Shown piece by piece: positions 26,635 through 37,500 of a stretch of 59,404 bases of DNA (positions are counted from its first letter, which is position 1; the number at the start of each line of letters is the position of its first letter). Source of the DNA: a virus (taxonomy: Duplodnaviria > Caudoviricetes); the IMG/VR virus record IMGVR_UViG_3300010048_000011, positions 1-59,404 of that record, one strand, 5' to 3'. The notes beneath the pieces are model-generated. The model worked only from the letters and a program-made list of their open reading frames with translations, searched no databases and was not told where the DNA came from. Both the position numbers and the translations under genes were made by a program.

Positions 26635-28386
26635 ATGACCGCGATTACAGCAGAGCTAACGTCGGACGGTCGCGCGATTGCCGTGATCGGCTCGGAACTG
26701 TTCGACGATGAGGTAGCGTACATCGCTCGACAAATTCGCGGTATCACTCCCCTCATCACGCCCAGTGACCCCCGCGGTGCCCTCATAGTGCCTTTGACCT
26801 GGGCATCTGTCGTGCAGTTGTCCACTGTGGTTCCAAAAGGATGGCATCCGGGACCTCGTTTGCAACGGTGGGTAACCGGCGAATTAGCTAAACGCGCGCG
26901 AATGGAACCAGATGGAACCAACACGTCGCGCGTGTTGCCGGAAGGATTGGTTCCACGGCCTTATCAATGGACCGGCGCGGGGCTGATTGCGGCCACTGGG
27001 CGGGCACTGATCTCTGACGAACCCGGCACCGGCAAGACCATCACGGCGATCTTGGGGTTGTTAGCCCGGCAGGAACACGGCGGCGACGCGCTTCCCGTGC
27101 TGGTGGTCTGTCCTGCGAGCGTGGTGGATGCCTGGGTGGACGCCTGGCGGACGTGGGTCCCGGATTACACCGCAGTGGCCTACCGAGGTACCGGGCGTAA
27201 GCTGCTGCTCTCCCAGGCGCACGCCGACGTGTACGTGGCCTCCTACGACACGGCCCGTATCGACGTCGCGTACCTAGCGGATCGGCTAGCGCCGAGTGCG
27301 CTGGTCATCGACGAGCATCACATGATCAAAAACCATCGGGCGGCTCGGACGGTAGCGGTCCGTCGGGTGGCCAGGGGCGCGGATGTAGTGGTGGCCCTGA
27401 GCGGCACGCCAATCACTCATCACCCCGGGGACCTGTACCCCACGCTGGCCTGCCTGGAACCGGACGCGTGGCCGTCACGGGAGCGCTGGGTCAGGCGGTA
27501 CTGCCTCGTCGACGCCGGGGACTACGGAGAGACGATCCTGGGGCTGAACCCGGGGCGGGAGGACGAGCTACGGCTGTGCCTGCTCGGTCAACACAGGCGG
27601 GTAGCCAAGGCCGACGTACTCAGCCAGCTACCACCCAAGATCTACAGCGTCCGCTACGTGGATCTACCCGTGGCCCACCGACGGACCTACGACCAGATGG
27701 CCAAGCGGATGCTCGCGGAGCTGCCTGACGGCACGGAGCTGTCCGTCATGACAGTGCTGGCTCAGATGACGCGGCTATCCCAGCTCGCCTCCGCACCGGC
27801 CGACGTGACAACGACGATCGAGGTTGCCGAGGACGGCGAGGAAACCGAACACGTTGAGGTCACACTCAAAGGGCCGTCCTGGAAAGTGGACGCGCTGCTG
27901 GAAATTCTCGCGGAGCGCCCCAGCCAACAGGTCGTCGTCTTCGCACCCAGTAAACAGCTCATCGAGATCGCACAGCAGGCCGTCCACGACGCTGGGTATA
28001 CCACTGGCCTGATCGTTGGCGGTCAGTACGCACGCACCCGGACACTCATGATCAACGAATTCCAAGCCGGAAACGTTGACGTCATGTTCGTGACCACCGG
28101 GGCGGGCGGCACCGGCATCACCCTGACCGCAGCGTCCACGGTGGCGTTTCTGCAACGGCCGTGGTCGCTCGTCGAGTCACTACAAGCCGAGGATCGCTGT
28201 CACCGCATCGGTTCCGAGCGACACGACAGCATCGAAATCATTGACATCGTCGCCCGCGACACGATTGACAGTCGCGTACGGGATGCCTTGCGCACCAAAG
28301 GACAACAACTGGCCGACCTCGTTCAGGACCCGCGCATCATCGCCGACCTGCTAGGCGGCACCAAGACGGCAAGGAAAGCGGCATGA
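26635..28386 (+). CDS. SNF2-family helicase
   Basis: DEPGTGKT, IDEHH, LSGTP, 'GTGITLTAA', 'QAEDRCHRIG'. Confidence 0.93.
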   Translation: MTAITAELTSDGRAIAVIGSELFDDEVAYIARQIRGITPLITPSDPRGALIVPLTWASVVQLSTVVPKGWHPGPRLQRWVTGELAKRARMEPDGTNTSRVLPEGLVPRPYQWTGAGLIAATGRALISDEPGTGKTITAILGLLARQEHGGDALPVLVVCPASVVDAWVDAWRTWVPDYTAVAYRGTGRKLLLSQAHADVYVASYDTARIDVAYLADRLAPSALVIDEHHMIKNHRAARTVAVRRVARGADVVVALSGTPITHHPGDLYPTLACLEPDAWPSRERWVRRYCLVDAGDYGETILGLNPGREDELRLCLLGQHRRVAKADVLSQLPPKIYSVRYVDLPVAHRRTYDQMAKRMLAELPDGTELSVMTVLAQMTRLSQLASAPADVTTTIEVAEDGEETEHVEVTLKGPSWKVDALLEILAERPSQQVVVFAPSKQLIEIAQQAVHDAGYTTGLIVGGQYARTRTLMINEFQAGNVDVMFVTTGAGGTGITLTAASTVAFLQRPWSLVESLQAEDRCHRIGSERHDSIEIIDIVARDTIDSRVRDALRTKGQQLADLVQDPRIIADLLGGTKTARKAA

Positions 28387-28664
28387 CACAGACCACAGAA
28401 CAGGCCAAGGAAAAGACTGAGGAACAGCCCGTCCACGAGATCAGCCCGGAACTCAAGCTCGTGCACGTGATGACGGACTATCTGCTGGACGACGACGACA
28501 CGCGTGCGAATCTCCAGCGGTGGATGTGCGAGCGGTCCGACTGCGCCGGTGACTGCAACCCCAAGGAGACGGACAAGGCGATCATTATCCTGCTGGCGAA
28601 TCTCCAGTTCAGCATGGTGATGCTGGCGACGATCATGACCCAGCTCTCGCAGGGCGGGGCGTGA
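28383..28664 (+). CDS. Hypothetical protein
   Basis: ATGA overlap. Confidence 0.6.
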   Translation: MTQTTEQAKEKTEEQPVHEISPELKLVHVMTDYLLDDDDTRANLQRWMCERSDCAGDCNPKETDKAIIILLANLQFSMVMLATIMTQLSQGGA

Positions 28665-28667
28665 CCT

Positions 28668-28796
28668 ATGTGGACCATGATCGGAATCCTCATCGGTGGC
28701 ATCTGCTTCTGCACGGGTGAGTTCGTCGGCGCCTGGGCGGCCCGGCAGGGTATCAAGAGGGCTGCTGCGGAACTGCGGAAGAACGCACTCCTGTGA
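28668..28796 (+). CDS. 42-aa membrane peptide
   Basis: MWTMIGILIGGICF...; fills the gap. Confidence 0.5.
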   Translation: MWTMIGILIGGICFCTGEFVGAWAARQGIKRAAAELRKNALL

Positions 28797-28960
28797 GGCA
28801 GGGCAAGAAAAATCGCCGTCGGTTGGTCGCGCGCATCGATGCGTGGACGGAGCTGAAGGCCGAGGGAATGCACGACCCCCACAACAAAATAGTCCGTCGC
28901 CCCGACGGCAAGCCAAGCCACTCCTACCGGAAACCGGGGTCGCAGAACGGCCGCAAGTAA
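28793..28960 (+). CDS. 55-aa basic protein
   Basis: GTGA overlap; ends 'YRKPGSQNGRK'. Confidence 0.55.
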   Translation: MRQGKKNRRRLVARIDAWTELKAEGMHDPHNKIVRRPDGKPSHSYRKPGSQNGRK

Positions 28961-28972
28961 AAGGAGACGCCA

Positions 28973-29482
28973 GTGTCGGAGCATCCACCTCGTCTCATCA
29001 TCGGTGTTGATCCGGGACCGACACCGGGGCTCGCAGCAGCCTGGTTCTGGCAGCCCGGCACGCAATGCACCTGGCTAGACGCCGAGTTCGGTTTCGCTCA
29101 GTCCGATCCGGACACCATGGTTGATCTGCTGCTCGGGTGGACACGGGAATTTCTCTCGGAATCGATCGTCATCGCGACGGAAACCTATGTCGTAAGTAAC
29201 CGGTCGAGCCGGTCGTCACATTCCAGTGCGCGCGAGGCAACACAGGCCGTACTCGACCGTGTGAAGAATTTCGCCGACGAGGAACGCATCGCCCGCGTCA
29301 CCCGACCGGCCGGGATCGTCAAGCCCTGGGCTACCAACGAACGCCTGAACGCTGTGGGTTTTCTCAGCCGTACCACGGGCTCCACGCACGCACGGGACGC
29401 CAGCCGACACATGCTCTACGCGGGTGTGCATGACGTCGGCCTGCCCGACCCATTCAGCAAAAAGACCTCAAAGAAAGAGTAG
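28973..29482 (+). CDS. RuvC-like Holliday junction resolvase
   Basis: 'IIGVDPG', conserved E, 'HARDASRH'. Confidence 0.8.
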   Translation: MSEHPPRLIIGVDPGPTPGLAAAWFWQPGTQCTWLDAEFGFAQSDPDTMVDLLLGWTREFLSESIVIATETYVVSNRSSRSSHSSAREATQAVLDRVKNFADEERIARVTRPAGIVKPWATNERLNAVGFLSRTTGSTHARDASRHMLYAGVHDVGLPDPFSKKTSKKE

Positions 29483-29485
29483 GCA

Positions 29486-30973
29486 ATGCCGACTGCAACG
29501 AAAACGAAGGATCCCGCCGCCGAGAACGAGAAGGCCATTCTCGCCAAGCTCGCGGAGCTGGGTTCCAAGAACGTCACCGATGACTCGCTTATCTTCGAGG
29601 GCACCAAGTTCGTTCTTCCGGCGCACTTCGGCGGCAACGTGGACGGCGCCATTCGGTTCCTGGATGATTGGCGCAAGCGCAATGAGGAGGTCGTGCAGTT
29701 CTCGCGTGATTTCCTTTACCGTCCGTGGGACGGCGCGGCGGCGTTCGAGCGTGCGATGAAGCGGCTGTTCGGCACGGCGGGCATCGGCAAGGCCGTGCAA
29801 ACGTTGTTCGGCAAGCGCCCGCCGGAGATGCGGTCGATCGCCGTCGGTCCCAATGAGACTCTTCAGGTGCCGTGGGGTTGGATTGAGTTCTCGCCACTGA
29901 AGGCCAGGTTCTGTCTCGGGGCGATGACGCACCCGGACAAGGGTCTGATCTTCTCCATCGCCGTTGAGGCGCCTCTCCAGCGGCGGACCGAGATCGAAGG
30001 GTTCTTCTCCATTGTGGAGGAGGAGCTGCGGGAGCGCTCCATCTACCGGGGCAAGGCTTTCCGTGGCTGCGAGGACCCCGATTTCATTGACACCAAGGCC
30101 ATCGACCCGTCCGTCGTGGTGTACGCCGACGAGGTTCAGGCGCAGCTCGCGACCAACATGTGGTCCCTGCTGCGGCACTCGGATGCCATGCGGCGCAACA
30201 GGATTCCCCTGAAGCGGGCGGTTCTCGTCGAGGGTCCCTACGGCACGGGCAAGACGCTGGCCGGGATGCTGACGGCCAAGGAGGCCGTGGAGAACGGCTG
30301 GACGTTCATCTTGGCGCGGCCGGGCAAGGACAATCTCGGCGACGTCCTGAAGATGGCGCAGCTCTATTCCCCCGCCGTCGTCTGGTACGAGGACATCGAC
30401 GTCGTCGCCAAGGGCGAGAACGACACCCAGATCTCGCAACTGCTGGACGCGTTGGACGGCATTACCGCCAAGGGAAACGAGATCCTGGCTGGGTTCACGA
30501 CCAACTTCGCCGACCGTATCCAGAAGGGTGTCCTACGTCCGGGCCGGCTGGATGCCGTCATCCACATCGGACCGCTCGACGATGCCGGGATCGAAAAGCT
30601 GTGCCACGTCGCGATTCCCGCCGACCGGCACGGTGACATCGACTATGGCGAGGTGTGTGAGCGGTTCGTGTCGGAGACCTGGCGCCTGCCGAGCTTCGTC
30701 AGTGAGGCCGCCCGCCGTGCCATGGCCTATTCGATCGCCCGCAACAATGGCGAGCTAGGGCTGATCGAGACCGCCGACCTGGTCAATGCCGCGATCTCGC
30801 TGGGCAATCAGGTGGAGCTGATGGACCGGGCCGCTGAGGGTGTGAAGGTACCGGCGCTGGATCTGGCTCTGTCCAACGTGTTCAAGACCGGCCTGGATGG
30901 CTCGACATGGTTCGACGACGACGGCGACGAGATCATCAAGTTGCGTACCAACGGAGTTCCCGCCCGCGCATAG
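29486..30973 (+). CDS. AAA+ ATPase
   Basis: GPYGTGKT, 'YEDID', 'TTN', 'RPGRLD'. Confidence 0.92.
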   Translation: MPTATKTKDPAAENEKAILAKLAELGSKNVTDDSLIFEGTKFVLPAHFGGNVDGAIRFLDDWRKRNEEVVQFSRDFLYRPWDGAAAFERAMKRLFGTAGIGKAVQTLFGKRPPEMRSIAVGPNETLQVPWGWIEFSPLKARFCLGAMTHPDKGLIFSIAVEAPLQRRTEIEGFFSIVEEELRERSIYRGKAFRGCEDPDFIDTKAIDPSVVVYADEVQAQLATNMWSLLRHSDAMRRNRIPLKRAVLVEGPYGTGKTLAGMLTAKEAVENGWTFILARPGKDNLGDVLKMAQLYSPAVVWYEDIDVVAKGENDTQISQLLDALDGITAKGNEILAGFTTNFADRIQKGVLRPGRLDAVIHIGPLDDAGIEKLCHVAIPADRHGDIDYGEVCERFVSETWRLPSFVSEAARRAMAYSIARNNGELGLIETADLVNAAISLGNQVELMDRAAEGVKVPALDLALSNVFKTGLDGSTWFDDDGDEIIKLRTNGVPARA

Positions 30974-31003
30974 AAGCTAACGGGTCCTTTGTGGCTCGTT
31001 CCC

Positions 31004-31046
31004 AGGCGGTGAGTCTGACGGAGGGCGGCCGTCAGACTCACCGCCT
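31004..31046 (+). terminator. Strong hairpin
   Basis: AGGCGGTGAGTCTGACGG...CCGTCAGACTCACCGCCT followed by CCCTTT. Confidence 0.55.
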
Positions 31047-31069
31047 CCCTTTCGATGGGAGACAACAAC

Positions 31070-33531
31070 ATGCACGACGACCACATGGACGAGCCCACGG
31101 ACGTTCCCGAGGATGCTGACACGGAAACACTGCGGGTGCCTAAGGACGGTGTCGCCGCGATCGTGGTGATGTGCCTCAACGGCGATCACGCGCACTTCAC
31201 AGCCGAGTTCGGCAGTCTGATCGATGCCGCGAACGGCCTGATCGACATGGCCAATCGACTACGGCAGATCTCCTCTGGGCTCAGGGACATCAATCGACTG
31301 GACCGGAGGCGGTTCGGGCTGTTCCGCCGTCGGTTCGCCTGGACCAAGATCCGTGAAATCAAAGGGGCGCGGTTCGAATGAAGTACCTGGATACGGACCT
31401 CGTTGACGAGACGCTGCGTAATCGTTTGGATGAGCTGGAAAAGGCGTACGGCCACGAGATCGCCGAAGCTCAGGCACGCGCGCGGATCGAGCAGCGCAGT
31501 CTTTCCGGAGAGCCCATTCCGTACGAGGTCATGATCGGAAGCACCACGGCGTATCGATTTCTGCGGAAGGTATTGCAGGCCGTGGACGCGTACATGCAGC
31601 GGCTCGACAGGGCAGCACAGAGAGAATCCATCGCCGCGATCAACGCGCAGCCCGCAGTGACGACGCAGTCCGATTCGGACAAGCAGCTCGCGGAGCTACG
31701 GAGGAAACTGCGGGACGACACGCAGAAACTTTACAATGGCTGACGAGGAATGGTTTTCCGACGAGGCGCTTGCCAGGCAAGACGAGATCGACAAGCTTAT
31801 CCGCGCGGGTAAGTACGTCGACAGTGATCTCACGATCGGAATGCTCGAACCCCGGGTGCCGCCGACGCCGGACGAATGCTGTGCTCACTGCGGAAGTGAT
31901 GCGCGGGATCAGGTCGGCGGTGAGGAAGTCGCCGGGCGCCGCTGGTGCTGGCTGTGTCACAGCCGGGAGTACTACACAGACAACAGCGACGTCGTCCTGT
32001 TCACCGGCAATTCGTGCCCGCGCTGTGGTGGCCCATCGGATGACAGCTATTTCGACCGGGAACCGTGCCCCGACCCGTGTAACACCATGCACACCCGCTG
32101 CAAGCACTGTGGCTGCCCGATCAATGGGTGTCCACTCGAAACCGGAAGGTTGCGCCGTGCCTGATCTGACACCCGACAATCACGCGCACTTCTACGAACT
32201 GAGCTCCGACATCCCGATCGAGGACCTTGAACAGCTTCCCGACAACACACAGATCGCCATCGGCATCCGGGACCACATCATCGTCAAGGGCGGGACAATG
32301 CTGTGTGTCCAGCGCTGCAAGGCACACCGGACATGGATGCTCCCGGAAGACCACGAGTGCCCCGATCCGTGCGCCGACTGCGTGTACACCGAAGTCGATC
32401 TCACGGTCGACGACTATGGCCTGCCGACCGAGGCGCACCATGCCCACTGATCTCACCGGCCAGCACGCGCCCATCCCGCTCGTCGATCAGCTCCGCGATC
32501 GTATGGGCCGCAGCGATGACGACGACGTGAAGCTGATGACCGTGCTACGGACGCTGGCGACCTTTGTGGACATCGTCGGCGAGGGTTCCGTCGGTTGTAC
32601 CGAGATCGAGGGCGCGTTGCGCGACGCCGGACTGCCGCAGTGGCTGGAAGACCTGGCGCGCCGGGTCGAGGACTATCAACAGCTCTGGACAGAACTCAAG
32701 GCGGCGACCAGCGATGAGTGACATGACCAATCTATGGCCCAACCAAATCCGAAATGAGGAAGACACCATGCGCAGGTTCAAAATGTTCGATCGTGAGGCA
32801 CTGGCCAAGGCTCGTCGCGACGGACGCGAACTCACGCCACTGTGGGAGGGCGTGGTGTTCAAGACGGGGCAGGTGTCGGCACGCTGTGCACTGGGTGGCC
32901 GGGGGCCACTCAAGCAGTACGATTCGTTCGGGACGTTCATGACTGCCGTCCACAAGACTGAACTGCCTTCTACGCGTCTGGTGTGGACGGACGGCAAGCC
33001 GCAGGGCATCGACGACACTCCGGCCGAACCCGGGTACGGCAGCACCGTCATGGTTCACAAGGCGGGCAAGTGGCGGCCGTTCCGTAGCTCTGGTCTGGAT
33101 TCCTGGTTCAGCACGAGTGACAACTATCCATGGACGTGGGGTCAGGTCTGCCGGGACGCGGATCAGATCATCCTCGTCGCACAGGACAACACGCTGCTGG
33201 TCGACGTCGAGCCGCGCAACGCGAGCGCCAAGAAGGTGTTTCTGCGGTGAGTGCCGTCATGCTGGAGGAGAAGCCCACGGAGTCCGAGGACACGCCGTAC
33301 TACTTCAGTCAGGGCAACCACAATCGCTGGAACATCTACCTCCGGCGCTCCGTTTCTGAAGGGCTGCACGAGGATGTGTTCATCGGTGTGGTATTCGATG
33401 ACTACGTGGCGGGGCTGATCTGCGCGGTATTGAACGCGTGGCGCAGTCAGGAAGACGTCTCCAGCGCTGAACTCGATGACATGACCAGCGGCATGCCGAG
33501 GGCAGACAAGCGGAAGGTGAAGCCGTCATGA
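31070..33531 (+). CDS. Cluster of seven coupled hypothetical genes (31070-31381, 31378-31743, 31736-32164 Cys-rich, 32157-32450, 32440-32721, 32714-33250, 33247-33531)
   Basis: Consecutive stop/start overlaps with RBSs. Confidence 0.6.
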
Positions 33532-34058
33532 GCCTTGCACTGGACTTCTATCGGGACAGGGAAACTGATCACCGCGGACTGTCCCGTAAGGACATTCTCG
33601 CGTACACCAAGGAACAGCTCGACGCGGACACCGAGTTCATCGACTGGTTGTTTCCCTTGGACTACGCCAGCACCCCCTACTCACCACTGCTCACCTATGC
33701 GGACCTCAACGAGTTCGAACACGACCGGGTACTGCAATCCAAAATCGTGGATTCCCTTGACCGGATGCTGATGTACTACCGGATGCTGCGGGTCAACGCT
33801 CCCGACGGCCGGATCGTCATCGCGCGTAACACCGAGGAGTTCGAGGCGAATTCCGTCCACTGGCTGTCCATGGGGGACGCGAATTACGGGCGGCTCGCGC
33901 GCATGATCGAGTCGCTGACGCTGTGTGGGTTGCGGCCGTACGCGTGTGCGTTGTGCCGGTGCCTGTGGAGTGTGGCGCAGGATTTCCCGGACAAGGTCGA
34001 CGCCCGGTCGGTTGCCATGTGGACGCGAGCGACGTCGGTTGAGCGGTATCAGCGGTGA
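33528..34058 (+). CDS. Opioid growth factor receptor (OGFr) N-domain protein
   Basis: 'FY..D.RG...I..L....FIDWLFP..RML.YY..W....N..R..R...SL...G'. Confidence 0.75.
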   Translation: MSLALDFYRDRETDHRGLSRKDILAYTKEQLDADTEFIDWLFPLDYASTPYSPLLTYADLNEFEHDRVLQSKIVDSLDRMLMYYRMLRVNAPDGRIVIARNTEEFEANSVHWLSMGDANYGRLARMIESLTLCGLRPYACALCRCLWSVAQDFPDKVDARSVAMWTRATSVERYQR

Positions 34059-34357
34059 CGTGGCAGCCCGGCGACCCGCTGTACGCCCCGAACGAGGCGA
34101 TCTACCTCTGTCCGCGCTGCCACTACCCGGCGCATGAGCTGCTGGGTGAGCCGGTCGTCCAGTGTCCCAGTTGTGGCCGCTATGCCCAGCGGGGCGACAC
34201 CGAAGCAACCTACCGCGCGTACTACTCGCGTCACATTTTCCAGGCGGGCGGCCAGAAGAAGATCACCCCCGACGAATACGCCACGTACATCAAGATCTTT
34301 GCGTCGGGAAACATGTGCGCGCTGCCTGACGCCGGTATGCCGGAGGTGATCGAGTGA
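34055..34357 (+). CDS. Zn-ribbon hypothetical protein
   Basis: CPRC...CPSC; GTGA overlap. Confidence 0.55.
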   Translation: MTWQPGDPLYAPNEAIYLCPRCHYPAHELLGEPVVQCPSCGRYAQRGDTEATYRAYYSRHIFQAGGQKKITPDEYATYIKIFASGNMCALPDAGMPEVIE

Positions 34358-34515
34358 TCTGCAATCCCTGCTGTAGCGCGGCGGATTCCGGCCAGAGCCA
34401 CCGCGATTGTCGGGGCTGGTCCTGGTGCGACTGCCAGCACGCCACGGTGTCACGGGCCGCGCCGGAGCCCCAGCCGATCCCTACCCCTCAGGAGTTTTCT
34501 GACACAAAACAGTGA
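34354..34515 (+). CDS. 53-aa Cys-rich protein
   Basis: GGAGG RBS; MICNPC..H..C.G..WCDCQH. Confidence 0.6.
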   Translation: MICNPCCSAADSGQSHRDCRGWSWCDCQHATVSRAAPEPQPIPTPQEFSDTKQ

Positions 34516-37500
34516 GACTGAGTCCGCGCTACACGTCGCGCGTGATCTCGCAACGGCCGGTGTGCCGATCTTCGTCGCCCGGCCCGATCCCAGTGCCGCC
34601 ACGGGTTTTTCGCTTCCCGTCGGTTGGCAGACGACCAAGGCCGATCCCACAGTCGTGGACTCATGGCAGCCCGGAGACGCCCTCTGTGCTGTCATGGGTC
34701 ACGGCCTGGACCTCGTCGACGTCGATCCCCGTAATGGTGGCTCGCTGGACGCGGTACCGGTTCCGGAGGTCTACGGCCTGGCTACCACGCCGTCGGCGGG
34801 CGTGCATGCCTTCGTTCGGTCCCTGAATGTCCGCTCCCGCAACAACTTGGTGCCCGGTGTGGACGTCAAGGCGGGGGACAACGAGGGCCGTGGCCGGGGC
34901 TTCGCCTTCATCGCACCGACGGTGCGGCTGTCCAAGGTCACTGGTGAACGCGTCCCGTATGTGTGGCAACAAGAACCGCGCCTTCCCGAGTGTCCGTCGT
35001 GTGCCCAGGTCCACGCGTGGTATCCCGACAGGACCGACACGATCCCCGGGGACCATCGTTGTCCGTGGCCCGACGACCACTCGGGTGACCGCCTGGCGGA
35101 CATGATCCGGGTAGCGCATGGTCAGGTGCCGGTGATCCCGGCCGCCGACGTGGACAGCGTGAGTGTTCCGTCGGTCGAGAAATTCCTTGAGGTTGGCCCG
35201 TGGGTGGACGTCGAGAAAACCTTGCGGGGCGGGCGAAACGACGGCGTCATGCGGTTGGCCGCTGCCTTACGCGGTGAGGGTGGCTGGCCGGTCGAGCGGG
35301 CGTTGGACTACATGCGCGCGGTGGTCTGGCCGGGCATCGACCAGTCGCAGGCCGGTCACGAGTTCACAGTGGACGAGTTCGAAGGGATCATTCGTGGGGT
35401 TTGGGAGCGTTACCCTGATGGACGTGCCGCCCGGCTTGACGAAGCCGTCGACAGTGGGGCTGAACGACCTCCGGCGCTGGTGGGGGTTGGCCTGCTGGAC
35501 GCCTGGATTGTGGACCGCATCGCTTCGTCTCGGCTGTCCGGACGCTTTGTGTGGGCGCGGGGACTGGGCTGGCTGCAATGGGATGGCCGTCGGTGGGCCG
35601 CCGTCGATGGGTCGATCGTCGTCGACGACGTGCGGCAGTGGGTGCAGTGGCTGTACTCCTCCGCAGCGGCGGCCGGGGCCGATTCGGACCTGCTGAAAAA
35701 GATCGCGGGTCTGGGCGGCAAAGCACGGCTGTCGGGGCTGGTCGACCTGGCGCGCGGTGTTGCCGGTGTCCGGTGTGATGTCGGGGAGTTCGACGCGCAT
35801 CCGGATCTGCTGAATTGCGCTAACGGCGTGGTTGATCTGCGTACGGGCGCGCTCTCCGCGCATGATCCCGCGTTGCGGTTGACCAAGATCACTGACATTG
35901 ACTATGTCGTAGGTGCTGAATCGGGAGATTGGAAGGCTGCGTTAGAGGCGATTCCCGAGGAGATCCGCGAGTGGTGGCAGATCCGGATAGGCCAGGCGGC
36001 GACCGGCCACATGACTCCCGACGACCTGCTGATCGTCCAGGTGGGAGGTGGTGAAAACGGCAAAGCGCTGGATGTCGACACACCAATGTTCACCACGCGC
36101 GGTTGGACCACGATGGGGGAACTATCGGCAGGAGACCACGTCTATGCACCTGATGGCGCGGCAACGGAAGTTCTGAGCGCTTACCCTGTCCGGATTGATC
36201 GTCCCTGTTACCGCGTAACAATGACTGATGGGCGCAGCCTTGTTGCCGACGCGGAACATCTATGGACCGTCTATGACCGGCGTGCGCGCATGGATGTCAC
36301 ACTCACGACACAGGAAATGCTGGAACTCGGCATTGTCAAACGGGACCGCGCCGGGGGTCGTGAATTCCGGTTCGCGTTGCCACAGCAATTCGCGGTGCAG
36401 TCCGCGCCGGTTGGCGATCTACCCATTCCTCCGTATCTACTCGGGGTGTGGCTGGGTGATGGTACGCGGACGGCGGCACAACTCACGTTCGGCGAACAAG
36501 ACGCTGACGAATTGTGCGGTTATCTCACCGAGTGTGGGGCAAAAATCGTGTCTCGTCGGTTGGTCACGAGTACGGGCGGTGGCAAGTCCGTCAGTGTTCG
36601 TATCAACATCGAGGCTGGTGTCCGTGATGGTTTCGAGTCACGTGCGCGACGTCTTGGCGTGTGGGGTGAACGACGAATCCCGGAGTTGTACCTGACTGCG
36701 GGTACTGGTCAGCGGCTGGCGCTGCTACAGGGGTTGCTCGACACCGACAGCTACGTATCGGCAGGGCAAGGGCAGGTCGAGTGGACCACTGCGCATCAGC
36801 GGCTTGCCGACGACATGCTGATGTTGCTCCGGTCGCTGGGTTTTACGGCCAGGTGCCACGCATCAGCGGCGACATTGAATGGCCGCGAAGTCGGTCGACG
36901 GTGGCGGATCTGTTTCACCCCGTCGTCGGTTGACCTGGTACCTTTCCGGCTTCGTCGCCGTATTGATCGGTTGCGTGCTGGCGCCCGGCATCGCCCGATC
37001 AGCGTCGTATCTATTCAATCTGTCGAGTCGCGGCCCGTTCGGTGTATCCGTGTGGCGCATCCTAGCGCGCTCTACCTGGCAGGGAGGGGGCTTGTCCCGA
37101 CACACAACACCACCCTCATGTCCGCGATTCGGGGTGCGCTGGGCGAGTATTATCTCCTAGTCTCCCATCGAGCGCTCCTGGGTAGCAGCGATTCGGTTCC
37201 CACTGAACTTATGGATTTCCGTGGGGCTAGGTTGGCGCTCCTGGAAGAAACCCCAGAGGAACGACGACTCGCGGTCACTAAACTTAAGGCTCTCGTGGGA
37301 ACCCCGGAAATCACTGCCCGTCGGATGAGGCAGGACCCGGTCACCTTCCACGCATCGCACTCTTTGTTCATCAGTACCAACTACTTGCCGGTCGTTTCGG
37401 AGACCGATCACGGGACCTGGCGCCGGCTCGCTGCGGTGCGATTTCCCTATCGCTTTAGAAAAGGCTCTGAAACGCTCTCTGGGGCGCTGGACCGGCGGGG

